Assembly: GCA_023134135.1 (NCBI GenBank)
Contig: JAGLVB010000003.1
Span: forward strand, 16,630 to 80,629
DNA from: Candidatus Aenigmatarchaeota archaeon
GTDB lineage: Archaea > Aenigmatarchaeota > Aenigmatarchaeia > QMZS01
Reading direction: 5' to 3'
DNA length: 64,000 nucleotides
Positions 8,342-18,701 of the stretch are shown here, in pieces. Below the pieces are notes generated by a model. It did no database searches and was not told the origin of the DNA. It saw only the letters and a list, made by a program, of their open reading frames with translations. The position numbers were made by a program, and so were the translations under genes. Numbering within the stretch: the first letter of the stretch is position 1; each line of letters begins with the position of its first letter.

Positions 8342-9379
8342 ATGGAATTGAAACGAGAAATAACAAATCTCCCGGAACTTGTAAATAAACTTAAGAAAAA
8401 AGATAAGGAATTATTTAACAGGTTTTATTCTGTAAAATTATCTGTTGGGCGGCTGAAAGTCACTCCTGAAATGGAAACTTTTGTAAAAAGTAAATTTAAA
8501 TCCATAAAAAAAACCGAGAACCAGAAAATTGTCTGTATCAACAACAAATTGACTTGGGAAGGAAACCTATTCAACGAATTAAGAAGTATGAGACCAAAAC
8601 CAAAAGTGAAATTTAAATTATCAGAACTCGATAACAAAGAAAACTGCCTCTTCTGCAATATTGAAAAACAAACACCTTTGGATATTTTTGGAAGAATAAA
8701 AGGAAAACATTGCATAACAGCGAGCAATATTGCGAAATGTGATAAGTTCCACGGTCTGATTATATTTAATGAGCACAACCCCTTAAAACTAAAAAAAGCG
8801 TGGTTAAAAGATTATTTTGAAACAGCGGAAAAATGGTTTGACCGGACAGACAACTCAAATAAAAAAATGATTAATAATTTTCTCATCTGGAATTGCTTAT
8901 GGAGAAGCAGCGCCTCAATCATCCACGGTCATATGCAAATAACCGCTTCTGAAACCAAATACCAAAAGATAATAAGACTTGAAGAAATATATGATAAATA
9001 CAAAAAGAAATATAAATCAGATTATTTCCTTGATTTATTCAAAATTCATAAAAATCTTGGTCTTGGTGAAAAAATTGGAAAATCAATGGTGCTTTATTAT
9101 CTTACACCAATCAAAGAAAAAGAAATTGTTGTACTATCAAAAGAAAAAAGATTTCCTGAAATAAGCGATTTAATCTATAACTTAATAAAAAATTATTTCA
9201 GAATCGGAGTGCAGTCCTTTAATGTTTCTCTGACTAAAATCAAAGAATATTGGATGCTGAGGTTGGTGGACAGAGGTTCTCTTGAAAACAGAAACTCAGA
9301 CATAGGGGTGATGGAATTATACGCAAATTCTGTTGTGGCTTATGATCCTTTCAGGCTGGTAAAGGAGATTAAATTATAA
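8342..9379 (+). CDS. HIT-superfamily nucleotidyltransferase-like protein (GalT / Ap4A-phosphorylase branch)
   Basis: The active-site-like motif IIHGHMQI follows the H-x-H-x-Q pattern of the GalT branch, and an upstream CLFC lies where GalT has its zinc-binding Cys pair. Confidence 0.45.
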   Translation: MELKREITNLPELVNKLKKKDKELFNRFYSVKLSVGRLKVTPEMETFVKSKFKSIKKTENQKIVCINNKLTWEGNLFNELRSMRPKPKVKFKLSELDNKENCLFCNIEKQTPLDIFGRIKGKHCITASNIAKCDKFHGLIIFNEHNPLKLKKAWLKDYFETAEKWFDRTDNSNKKMINNFLIWNCLWRSSASIIHGHMQITASETKYQKIIRLEEIYDKYKKKYKSDYFLDLFKIHKNLGLGEKIGKSMVLYYLTPIKEKEIVVLSKEKRFPEISDLIYNLIKNYFRIGVQSFNVSLTKIKEYWMLRLVDRGSLENRNSDIGVMELYANSVVAYDPFRLVKEIKL

Positions 9380-9419
9380 TTTCAGTTTTGTAATTAATAT
9401 TTATTATCAGAATATAATC

Positions 9420-9698
9420 ATGGGCTATATACAGAACTGTATTAACTATAATACTCAAAATACTGAAATTGACGAAAAACCTTGCAGAACTAAAGAATTC
9501 AGCATTCGCGTAGTTGGAAAATATGATTTAGATAAATTATTGCGGGAAAAATATGGGGATAATTATATCTCACATGAAATTAATATCAAACCCAATCCCG
9601 GAACACCTGAAATTTATCCTGAATATGAATATTTTCCCGGAACCTGTAAACAAACAGCCTGTTCCTGGATAATCAAAGGCAAATTATATCTGAAATAA
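9420..9698 (+). CDS. Small hypothetical protein
   Basis: 92-aa ORF with three Cys residues and no recognisable motif. Confidence 0.3.
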   Translation: MGYIQNCINYNTQNTEIDEKPCRTKEFSIRVVGKYDLDKLLREKYGDNYISHEINIKPNPGTPEIYPEYEYFPGTCKQTACSWIIKGKLYLK

Positions 9699-9777
9699 CA
9701 AAGTTGGTTAATCCTTGAGAATGGAGCAATAAACTATTATTTCCAGTAAGAGCGTTTTAATAAACACAGATATTATT

Positions 9778-12411
9778 ATGAATCTGACAGGTCTCACCCA
9801 GAAAGATGCTGAAGAAAAACTAAAATCTTATGGATATAATGAAATTACAGAACCAGATAAGATTTCCGCTCTGAAAATATTATTAAGGCAGATTAAAAAA
9901 AATTTCATGATTTACCTGCTTTCTGCCGCAGCATTAATGTCTTTGTTTGTTGGGAAAACAATTACAGGATACACAATATTTGGAATTATATTCCTGCTTA
10001 TTGTCATAGGTTTTATTCAGGAATTTAAGGCTGAAACTGCGGTAAAATCTTTGAAACAAATGATTACACACACATCAGTTGTAATAAGAAATGGGAAAGA
10101 AACTGAAATTCCTTCGCGGGAAATTGTCCCGGGAGACCTACTTGTTTTAAGAACTGGAGAAAAAATTCCCGCTGACTGCCTGATACTCGAAGAAAAAGAA
10201 TTAAGAATTAATGAATCTATATTGACCGGAGAATCGCAGGAGATTAAAAAATACAAAATTGCAAGTGAAAAAGATTATAATCCTCATAATCAAATATTCA
10301 TGGGAACACATGTTGTTAATGGTAAATGCATCGCCCGCGTATTGCATACAGGTATGAACACCGAATTCGGGAAAATAGCTGGAATGATTTCCAAAGCAGA
10401 AAAAGAGTTGCCTCTGCAGAAAAAAGTGAATGATATTGCAACCTATATGGCATTCATAGCAATAATGGTGTCTGCTCTGACTGGGGGTATTATGTTAATC
10501 AGAAGTGTGCCTTTTTCATACACTTTGGTAATTGAAGTTTTTATTGTTGTTATTGCGCTTTGCGTATCCGCATTCCCCGAAGGGTTGCCTGTTGTGCTCA
10601 TATCTGTCCTTGCTTCAGGTGCATACAAAATGGCAAAGAAAAATGCAATTGTGAGCAGGATGTCTATAATAGAAACTCTTGGAGAAACCACGGTAATATG
10701 CACAGACAAAACAGGAACAATAACAAAAGGCGAGATGACTGTGAAAAAAATATTTGCAGATGATGTGTTTTTTGGAGTTACTGGTGTTGGATATGATTCA
10801 AAAGGAAAATTTCTTCAAAATAACGAAGAAATAAACCCAAAAAAGAATGTTGTTTTAAATCTGCTTTTAAAAACAGCAGTTTTATGCAATGACGCAAAAA
10901 TTGAAAGAAAAGGAACCAACAGTGCATATAATATTATAGGTTCGCCAACAGAAGCGGCTTTATTAATCATGTCTGCTAAAAGCGGAATTTTTATGGAAGA
11001 TATGCAATCAACAAGAAAAGAAGAAATATCCTTTAACTCTGAAAGAAAAATGATGAGTGTTCTATGCGAAGAAGAACATGAAAAATACATTTATTCAAAA
11101 GGAGCGCCGGAAATATTAATCAACCAATGCACTTATATCCAAAAAGGAAAAAAGAGCATCAAATTAACAAAGAAAGAGAAGGAAGAAATCTTAAATATTA
11201 GCAGGGAGTTGGCATCAAAAAGATTCAGGGTTCTCGCAATTGCATACAAGCCCGCAAAATCATTTAAAAAAAACGGATTTGAAAAAGATATGATTTTCCT
11301 TGGTCTGGCAAGTCTGGAAGATTCGCCAAGAGATGAAATCAAAGAAGCAATAAAATCCTGCAAAAGCGCGGGGATAGATGTTAAAATGATTACTGGAGAC
11401 AACAAAGAAACTTCAGTTGAAATAGGGAAAGAAATTGGATTAAATGGTAAAATCATAACCGGTGACGAACTGGATAAACTTACAGATGATGAACTCGCAA
11501 AAATAGTAAATGAAACAACAATATTTGCAAGAGTTAAACCCGGGCATAAACTAAGGATTGTAAAAGCTCTTAAAAAAAATGGCGAGATTGTTACAATGAC
11601 CGGGGATGGGGTAAATGATGCGCCTGCATTAAAAGAAGCCCATATAGGCGTTGCAATGGGTATAAATGGTACTGATGTTTCAAGAGAATCCGCTGATTTG
11701 GTTTTAAAAGATGATAATTTTGCCACTATTGTCTTGGCAGTTAAAGAAGGAAGGACTATATTTATCAACATACAAAAAGCTGTAAGCTATATGCTTTCCT
11801 GCAACCACGCAGAATTATTTGTTATATTTTTCGGAATTCTGTTTGGTCTGCCACTGCCTCTTATTGCGTTGCAGATTTTATTTATCAACCTTGTCACAGA
11901 TGATTTGACTGGGCTCACCCTCGGTTTCAACCCATCCCCCTCATGGATTATGAACACAAAACCTCGAAAAAAATCAGGGATTTTAAACAAACAATCAGTT
12001 ATGATGTTTGCAATATCAGGACTAATCATCGGAGTAGGCACGCTGGGAATATTTTATTCAACTTACACAAGCTTATTATTCCAAGGGGTTGCTGAAGAAC
12101 TTGCCAAGTCAACAGCGAGAACTATGGCTCTTGTCACTTTAATATTATTTGAAATAGCAAATGCATTTAACTTCAGGTCTTACAGGACCCCGGTATTTAA
12201 ATCATCTTTATTCACAAACAAATACATGGTATATGCATCTTTGCTTGCTTTCTTAGCGGTTTTATTAGTTCTTTACACACCATTAAATATTATGTTTAAA
12301 ACTGTTCCTCTAAGTTTAGGTAACTGGATTATTGCAATCCTCACAGCTTCCTCTTTAATAGTCATATTTGATTTCCTTAAGATTATGAATAACTGGAAAA
12401 AGATATTCTGA
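9778..12411 (+). CDS. P-type cation-transporting ATPase (type II, Ca2+/cation family)
   Basis: The phosphorylation motif ICTDKTGTIT, the TGES motif, KGAPE, MITGDN, the hinge TGDGVNDAPAL, and about 10 predicted helices are all present. Confidence 0.9.
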   Translation: MNLTGLTQKDAEEKLKSYGYNEITEPDKISALKILLRQIKKNFMIYLLSAAALMSLFVGKTITGYTIFGIIFLLIVIGFIQEFKAETAVKSLKQMITHTSVVIRNGKETEIPSREIVPGDLLVLRTGEKIPADCLILEEKELRINESILTGESQEIKKYKIASEKDYNPHNQIFMGTHVVNGKCIARVLHTGMNTEFGKIAGMISKAEKELPLQKKVNDIATYMAFIAIMVSALTGGIMLIRSVPFSYTLVIEVFIVVIALCVSAFPEGLPVVLISVLASGAYKMAKKNAIVSRMSIIETLGETTVICTDKTGTITKGEMTVKKIFADDVFFGVTGVGYDSKGKFLQNNEEINPKKNVVLNLLLKTAVLCNDAKIERKGTNSAYNIIGSPTEAALLIMSAKSGIFMEDMQSTRKEEISFNSERKMMSVLCEEEHEKYIYSKGAPEILINQCTYIQKGKKSIKLTKKEKEEILNISRELASKRFRVLAIAYKPAKSFKKNGFEKDMIFLGLASLEDSPRDEIKEAIKSCKSAGIDVKMITGDNKETSVEIGKEIGLNGKIITGDELDKLTDDELAKIVNETTIFARVKPGHKLRIVKALKKNGEIVTMTGDGVNDAPALKEAHIGVAMGINGTDVSRESADLVLKDDNFATIVLAVKEGRTIFINIQKAVSYMLSCNHAELFVIFFGILFGLPLPLIALQILFINLVTDDLTGLTLGFNPSPSWIMNTKPRKKSGILNKQSVMMFAISGLIIGVGTLGIFYSTYTSLLFQGVAEELAKSTARTMALVTLILFEIANAFNFRSYRTPVFKSSLFTNKYMVYASLLAFLAVLLVLYTPLNIMFKTVPLSLGNWIIAILTASSLIVIFDFLKIMNNWKKIF

Positions 12412-12463
12412 TATTTTCCAGAAAAAAATATGAATTATTGACTAACTGGAAAAAGAAATAGGA

Positions 12464-12856
12464 TTATCTTTTAAGAATATCCTGAGAAAAATCAAGTTGA
12501 TGCTCAGGAATGCCAAGAGATAAACCATATTTTACAAATTCATCATATTGTTCTTTCTTGTAACGGTCTACTTTGAAAATTTTATTGCGGAAGATAAAAT
12601 AATGGATTTTTTCATTTTTATAATCAGCATACCAATTACTATGTTTTGAATCAATAGAATTACTCAATTCTTCCGCAACTTCATCAGCCTGATTTTCTAA
12701 AATCTCAACTGTATGCGAGGTCCATTGTTTTAAATAAGGGGTATTATGTTTTTGAGTAACTTTTTCAATTTTTGTTTTGAGAATTTTTATTTTCTTTAAA
12801 ACATCTTTATTCTCAAGACTTTCTTCAATTATTACACCAACAAAGTGTCTTTCCAT
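12464..12856 (-). CDS. Hypothetical protein, last gene of the radical-SAM/ABC operon
   Basis: 130 aa, 18 bp downstream of the radical-SAM gene on the same strand. Confidence 0.4.
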   Translation of the reverse strand: MERHFVGVIIEESLENKDVLKKIKILKTKIEKVTQKHNTPYLKQWTSHTVEILENQADEVAEELSNSIDSKHSNWYADYKNEKIHYFIFRNKIFKVDRYKKEQYDEFVKYGLSLGIPEHQLDFSQDILKR

Positions 12857-12874
12857 AAATAAATCTAAAAATAT

Positions 12875-14389
12875 TTATTTAAAATTTCTATCCTCTTTAT
12901 TCTTTGATTTAATATTTAAAGGTTTGCTGAATTTCTTTTCTACAATAGTCCTGTGAATAGCATTATATGAACAAAAAGGAATTATCCTATCATCGAGTGT
13001 AGAATAATGAACAACACATCTTTGAACTCTCTGGCAATCAAAATTATATCCATCCATAAAATGCATGGCGCCAATCAATATTGATTTTTCATAAAATACT
13101 GCCAACGCATTTTCGTCTCCTTTCAAAAAATTAATAGCAAGTTTAATCATATTTATTGATTTTGGCATTTTTGTTTTATCAACCAATTTTGGAATTTCTT
13201 TTATAATTTTACTCATTGCTTTTATCTTCCAGACATAACGATTTTTTTCTTTATCATTATTTATTTGTTTTATCAAATTAAAAAAACTATCAATATCAAC
13301 GAATCTTGTTATAGGGATTATTTTTCTGTCATCTATATAAATATAAGTTGCAGAACCGCACGCAGGATGACAAGAAAATTTTGTTATTTGTTTGTTTTGC
13401 AGTCTCTCAAAAAATAAACTCAGAGGAATCAAAGAAGGAACGGAATAAAAATCATCTGGTCCTATCTGTCCTTTCAGTTGCTCTTCAAGCAAATGCATTA
13501 AATCAGACTGGGTAATTCTCATTTTTTTAAGATCTTTTTCATCAACCCGTCCTGCAAATGATAATGGCTGAAAATTTACCGTAACAACAACATCAGAATT
13601 TTTTACAGCAAATTTCACTATCTCTCCTACCTCTTTGTCATTAACTCCTCCAATCAATGTTGGGACCAGAATAACCTGATTAAAATTTATTTTCCTGCAA
13701 TTTTCAATAACTTTTAGTTTTATTGGAAGCGCATTGAAACCGCGTATAGTATGATAAGGTTTTTCTGTAATACCATCAAACTGAAGATATACCACATCCA
13801 ATCCAGCTTCTTTTAATACAGCAATATAGTTTGGATCTTTTGAAATATTAATGCCATTTGTCGCAATAAATATCTTGATAAAACCCATCTGTTTTGCCAT
13901 TCTGATTATATAAGGTAAATCTTTTCTCATTGTTGGTTCTCCTCCTGAAAACATAACTGCCCTGCATGGAACCGGTTTTTCATTTATCAAATTATGCAAC
14001 ATTTTCTTTAATTGCTTTATAGTCGGCTCATAAACATATCCGCAAGCCTCAGCATTAGCAAAACACACAGGGCATTTTTGATTGCATCTGTTTGTAACAT
14101 CAATGATTCCGAGAACCGTAGGGCTTTTGTGGTTGTTGCACAAACCGCAGTCATAGGGGCATCCCTTTTTTTTATGAGTGTTTGGATTTTCCAGCCCGGA
14201 ATTATCGTATTTATCTTTTAAGAATCTATTAAATATTTTTGCATCTCCATAATACAGGTCTTCAAAACCGCCATGCTCTTTGCAGGTTTTTTTAATGATA
14301 ATTTTATTGTTTTTTTCTTCTATCTCCGCATCAATTACCCCCAGACATTCCGGGCATAATGATTTTATCTTCATTCTCATATTAATCAT
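12875..14389 (-). CDS. Radical SAM enzyme with N-terminal Cys-rich (zinc-ribbon or rubredoxin-like) region; possibly related to tetraether-lipid synthase (Tes / GDGT-MAS)
   Basis: The radical-SAM cluster is CNQKCPVCF (CxxxCxxC). The N-terminus carries CPEC...CKEH...CPYDCGLC. Further C-terminal cysteines (CHPACG, CQRVQRC, IPFCSYN) are compatible with auxiliary Fe-S clusters. The protein is 504 aa. Confidence 0.75.
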   Translation of the reverse strand: MINMRMKIKSLCPECLGVIDAEIEEKNNKIIIKKTCKEHGGFEDLYYGDAKIFNRFLKDKYDNSGLENPNTHKKKGCPYDCGLCNNHKSPTVLGIIDVTNRCNQKCPVCFANAEACGYVYEPTIKQLKKMLHNLINEKPVPCRAVMFSGGEPTMRKDLPYIIRMAKQMGFIKIFIATNGINISKDPNYIAVLKEAGLDVVYLQFDGITEKPYHTIRGFNALPIKLKVIENCRKINFNQVILVPTLIGGVNDKEVGEIVKFAVKNSDVVVTVNFQPLSFAGRVDEKDLKKMRITQSDLMHLLEEQLKGQIGPDDFYSVPSLIPLSLFFERLQNKQITKFSCHPACGSATYIYIDDRKIIPITRFVDIDSFFNLIKQINNDKEKNRYVWKIKAMSKIIKEIPKLVDKTKMPKSINMIKLAINFLKGDENALAVFYEKSILIGAMHFMDGYNFDCQRVQRCVVHYSTLDDRIIPFCSYNAIHRTIVEKKFSKPLNIKSKNKEDRNFK

Positions 14390-15489
14390 AAAACATAACC
14401 GTTCGTATCCTCAACCAAACCAAACCCCGAACCTAATTTACTCATATCAATATCACAATCTTCTATCAATAAATCAGTAACCTCGCATAAGTATTCCAAA
14501 TAACTAAAAGAACCAAGTTTTTCAAACACAAATTTATGCGAAGAATATGATTTTAAAGAGACAAAAATTTTGCCTTTATTAGCCGTAATTATCCATCGTG
14601 GATTCTTCTTTCCAAACTTCTTTATATTCAAATCTTTAAAAACATATTTTTTATTTTTTGCACTATCATAAAATTCAAACATGGACTGAAATTTATGCTT
14701 AAATTTTGATATTTGTACTTTTATCTCAAAGTAAGTTAATATAGAACCATTTGAAAATACAATTCTCCCCCACCTCCATGGAATAAAAGGGCCAATTACA
14801 ACAACTTTTTGAACATAGCATTTTCCACTAAACTTTTTTTTATTTAGCATTCCTGTAAAATCGAAATATAAATCTATCAAAGAATAACCCGCAAATGACT
14901 TAAAATAAGTGCTAAAACCAAAATAATCCGATTTATCTTTTGGTTTGGTCATTTTCAGATTTACAATTTCTTTGTTTTTTTTGGATAAATTAAGAGAATA
15001 ATTTGGGAATTTTCCTTTGTAATTTATCTTATTTTGCTTATCAAAAGCCATAATACCCTCGTGATTTATTGATATTGAACCTTCTCCTTCCAATATCAAA
15101 TCTTTTTTATTATCGTAACTCCAAGCATTCATATACCCGTTTCTTATTCCCTTACCTTTTATGCATTTTACTTCTTTTTGATTAACTTTAAGAGTCCCTG
15201 AACTGTCTCCGAACATTGCAAGAAGTTGTCTTTTATCTTTAGGTTTTGTTGATACAAATTTCATGAACCAATATTCTTTCCCTGTAGGGGGCAAATCTTC
15301 AAAACAAAAAAACATAGGGTCAATTTCATGAGTTGAAGTTTTTGTCTTTTTAAGCTCAATTAAGGAATTATACTTCGAATTAATCTGTTTAATTTTTTCT
15401 TTTATAATCTTTTTTTCAATGGGGGACAACATCTGAATGGATTTATCCAATATATTAAACATATCACCAGTCATTTTTTTTATTTTCAT
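14386..15489 (-). CDS. Hypothetical soluble protein, translationally coupled to the radical SAM gene
   Basis: 367 aa, lysine-rich, with no transmembrane helix. It overlaps the downstream gene by 4 bp and the upstream ABC ATPase by 4 bp. Confidence 0.45.
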   Translation of the reverse strand: MKIKKMTGDMFNILDKSIQMLSPIEKKIIKEKIKQINSKYNSLIELKKTKTSTHEIDPMFFCFEDLPPTGKEYWFMKFVSTKPKDKRQLLAMFGDSSGTLKVNQKEVKCIKGKGIRNGYMNAWSYDNKKDLILEGEGSISINHEGIMAFDKQNKINYKGKFPNYSLNLSKKNKEIVNLKMTKPKDKSDYFGFSTYFKSFAGYSLIDLYFDFTGMLNKKKFSGKCYVQKVVVIGPFIPWRWGRIVFSNGSILTYFEIKVQISKFKHKFQSMFEFYDSAKNKKYVFKDLNIKKFGKKNPRWIITANKGKIFVSLKSYSSHKFVFEKLGSFSYLEYLCEVTDLLIEDCDIDMSKLGSGFGLVEDTNGYVL

Positions 15490-16241
15490 AGTTTATCCCT
15501 TTTATTAAATTTAATATTTGTATCTTTTTCCAATAACCCATCTCTAATCCTTATTACTCGATCAAAATATTTTATTTGTTCTGGTTCGTGGCTAACCATG
15601 ACAATTGTCTGTCTAAAATGCTTATTAAAATGTTTTAGTAATTCTAAAATAACTTTTCCTGAATCAGTGTCAAGATTTGCAGTTGGTTCATCAGCAAACA
15701 AAATTGCCGGTTTGTGCACCAGCGCTCTCGCCATTGCCACCCTTTGTTGTTCCCCACCAGACAGTTCATAAGGATGATGAGATAATCTTCCTTCCAATCC
15801 AACTTTTTCAAGAAGCGACTTTGCTTCTTTGAGGTAATAAGTTCTAGGTTTGCCTAACATACGCAAAGGCAAATAAACATTTTCCAATGCTGTTAGTTCA
15901 GGAATATTCCTGTATTGCTGAAAAACATATCCTATTTTATTCAACCTAAAATAAGACCTATCTATTTCAGACAATCTATTTACATTAACCCCATCAATAA
16001 TTATTTCTCCGGTAGTGGGATAATCCAACAATCCCAATTGATGCAAAGCTGTGCTTTTGCCGGAACCAGAAGGACCCATAATACCAACAAATTCTCCTTC
16101 ATAAATCTCAAAACTAATACCTTTTAATGCTTTTGTCACTACAGAACCCATTGTATAATGCTTTGCTAAATCCTGAACCTTAATCAGGACCCTCTTCCTT
16201 GTTGTTTTTTTATTCATAATTCTAACCTCTAAATATAGCAT
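15486..16241 (-). CDS. ABC transporter ATP-binding protein (MacB/LolD/FtsE-like)
   Basis: Walker A GPSGSGKST, ABC signature LSGGEQQRVAMARAL, and Walker B ILFADEP. Confidence 0.9.
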   Translation of the reverse strand: MLYLEVRIMNKKTTRKRVLIKVQDLAKHYTMGSVVTKALKGISFEIYEGEFVGIMGPSGSGKSTALHQLGLLDYPTTGEIIIDGVNVNRLSEIDRSYFRLNKIGYVFQQYRNIPELTALENVYLPLRMLGKPRTYYLKEAKSLLEKVGLEGRLSHHPYELSGGEQQRVAMARALVHKPAILFADEPTANLDTDSGKVILELLKHFNKHFRQTIVMVSHEPEQIKYFDRVIRIRDGLLEKDTNIKFNKRDKL

Positions 16242-17448
16242 CTAAAATATTTTCTTTTATTGCTCCTTGGGCCGGGAAAAAACCAGCTACTAATGAAGAA
16301 GCTAATAATATGGAAAATGAAATTATATAATTTGAGGATTCAACTATTGGAACAACTTCTCCAATAGGCATAATAATTGGATTAACCGTAAAATATCCTA
16401 TTATAAATTTTGTAAGGATAAACCCAAAAGTTCCTCCCAACACTCCATAAAAAAAAGATTGGATGACATAAGAAGTAAGAATAGTTTCTTTGTTAATACC
16501 CATTGCTTTCATAATGCCAATCTGCGTTCTTTTGTGTAAAACATTAATATAAATCATTATATATATGGTAGCAAATGCTATGATTATTCCAATCAGCCCT
16601 GTTAATTGGCTTACAATTAACATACTATCAGTGAATTGGGACAACACACCTAATTTCTCCTGCCAGGTCCAAATTCTTCCGGTAATCCCAAATTGCTTGA
16701 GTTTATAAATAACAGCTTTCTCCATTCCTCTTTCTTTGGTTTTTATCATGATTTCTGTAGCAATATTCATTTCTTCATCAGTGGCATTAAAAACCTGTTT
16801 TGCTTCTTCTTTTGTAATGAAAACATAAAAATCAGTAGCTACAAAATTCTGACCATAAATTCCCCTGACTTTAAGTTGTTTTGTAACACCATTATCAAAA
16901 GTAACCATAATTTTTTCTCCCGCATCTATATCAACCGCAGGGAATGCTTCCTGCATCCTGTATTTTTTTGTTATATCCGCGCCAATGAGAATTTCCCCCT
17001 TGGTATTTTTAGATAAATAACTTCCGCTAATGATATTTTCGCGCAAAGAAGATGCTGTTGCTTCTTTTTCAGGGTCAATAACTTTTAATTGCGTGGGGGC
17101 TTTCGTGCCATATTTGTCAGTTAAGATAACCCCTCGATTTATATGAGGGCTTATTCCAACAACGCCCGGAATAGCCAGCGCCTTTTTCTCAATTTCATTC
17201 ACATTTTGAATGTAATCCTCATCAGATTTAGGTTCTATTAAAATATTCCCTGTCATCATATCAATAGCTTTGTCTTCAACCTGAAATTTTAGACCCATTA
17301 TAACGCTTGTTGAAAAAACTGTGCTTAAAAATCCCAAACCGATAATAACTACAATCATTATCAGCATCTTCTTTTTGAATAATAAATTTTTTATGGCTAA
17401 GAAAAAAGCAACATCCAACCCTTCAATTATTTTTTTAAACCTTAACAT
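16222..17448 (-). CDS. ABC transporter permease, FtsX/MacB-like
   Basis: An N-terminal transmembrane helix, a large extracytoplasmic domain, then three C-terminal helices, as in the FtsX fold. It overlaps the ATPase gene. Confidence 0.75.
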   Translation of the reverse strand: MLRFKKIIEGLDVAFFLAIKNLLFKKKMLIMIVVIIGLGFLSTVFSTSVIMGLKFQVEDKAIDMMTGNILIEPKSDEDYIQNVNEIEKKALAIPGVVGISPHINRGVILTDKYGTKAPTQLKVIDPEKEATASSLRENIISGSYLSKNTKGEILIGADITKKYRMQEAFPAVDIDAGEKIMVTFDNGVTKQLKVRGIYGQNFVATDFYVFITKEEAKQVFNATDEEMNIATEIMIKTKERGMEKAVIYKLKQFGITGRIWTWQEKLGVLSQFTDSMLIVSQLTGLIGIIIAFATIYIMIYINVLHKRTQIGIMKAMGINKETILTSYVIQSFFYGVLGGTFGFILTKFIIGYFTVNPIIMPIGEVVPIVESSNYIISFSILLASSLVAGFFPAQGAIKENILDAIFRG

Positions 17449-17460
17449 AATACAAAAACA

Positions 17461-18636
17461 TTATTTCTTTCCTTTTTTCAAAAATAATGCATAAACCAAA
17501 ACTCCAATAATCAATATTAAAATAATTGCAAAAAATATTATTTCATAATTATTGTCTTCCCTTACCAATAATTCAAGTGTTTCTGAAAGTTCATGTTCGC
17601 CAAGATCATCTTCGTAAGTGACTTTAATTGTAAAATTATGCTTTCCTGGTTCTGAAGAAATTAAAGTAAATATGGCAGGAGCATCTTCACCTTCGCTAAG
17701 TTTTCCTATATACGCTTTATTTTGCCCTTCAAACCCATCATTTTTTAAGAATACCTGAACATTCTCAGCTTCGCCTTCTCCTAAGTTTTCAATTCGAACT
17801 GTAATAAATGCATTCTTTCCTGAGATGATTGGTTGAGGCTCAACAATAACTGCTGCAAGGTCAAGTTTAACTTTATTCAATAATTTTAATCCAAGAGATT
17901 GTTCAAGTAAGTACTCATTGGATTTCTCATCTTTGTAAGTTAAAATAAATGCTAACTTTTGAGGTCCCGGAGCATTAGAATCAGAAACCATAAACTGAAT
18001 ATTTTTCAAAGTTGTCATATTTGGTTTTAATTCATCAAGGAAAATAAGATTTGAACCCTCTATAACAAAGCCCTGAGTTTGCGGGACAAGTTTTATGTTT
18101 CTGGCTATTCCAGTGCCAACATTTTTAATAGTAAATTCCGCATTAAATAAACCATCAGGGGCAATGGAATTATTTAACAAAACTGCATTAAATATAATAT
18201 CCGGTTCCCCAATAATCCTAACAAATACCTTTTTCTCATGGACTATATTTCGTTCTTTAATTTTGAAAGTAATTGGATATTCTCCGGATTTTACATCCGG
18301 CAACACAGTAAAATAATAAAGATTGTCTTTTGAACCTCCAACACCAATGCTGAAAGGTTTATCAAAATCATCATCTTTTCCTGTAAGAAAAAAGGCATCA
18401 CTTTCTATAAAAGCAATACTAACATTTTCCGCTCTTTCTCCGCCATCATTATAAACCCTTAACTGCACTGTAAAATCAAGTCCTGGCTCCACAGGATAAG
18501 GGGTTATACTTTCAGCAACAGTGTTTATTACAGGAGCATCTATATCATAAAAAGATCTGCCGGCATTTACACTTGTTATCATTAACAACATTGCTATGAC
18601 TGCAAACACCAAGATTCTATATTTCATTCGTCTCAT
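17461..18636 (-). CDS. Secreted, membrane-anchored cell-surface protein (COG1361/CARDB-like)
   Basis: An N-terminal signal peptide (LVFAVIAMLLMITSVNA), a beta-rich body, and a C-terminal transmembrane anchor with a KKGKK tail. Confidence 0.55.
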   Translation of the reverse strand: MRRMKYRILVFAVIAMLLMITSVNAGRSFYDIDAPVINTVAESITPYPVEPGLDFTVQLRVYNDGGERAENVSIAFIESDAFFLTGKDDDFDKPFSIGVGGSKDNLYYFTVLPDVKSGEYPITFKIKERNIVHEKKVFVRIIGEPDIIFNAVLLNNSIAPDGLFNAEFTIKNVGTGIARNIKLVPQTQGFVIEGSNLIFLDELKPNMTTLKNIQFMVSDSNAPGPQKLAFILTYKDEKSNEYLLEQSLGLKLLNKVKLDLAAVIVEPQPIISGKNAFITVRIENLGEGEAENVQVFLKNDGFEGQNKAYIGKLSEGEDAPAIFTLISSEPGKHNFTIKVTYEDDLGEHELSETLELLVREDNNYEIIFFAIILILIIGVLVYALFLKKGKK

Positions 18637-18701
18637 TAATATATTATATTTAAAGTTATTTAAGTAGTTTCAGTTTTTAGTGAAATTAGAGGATTAAAAA
18701 A

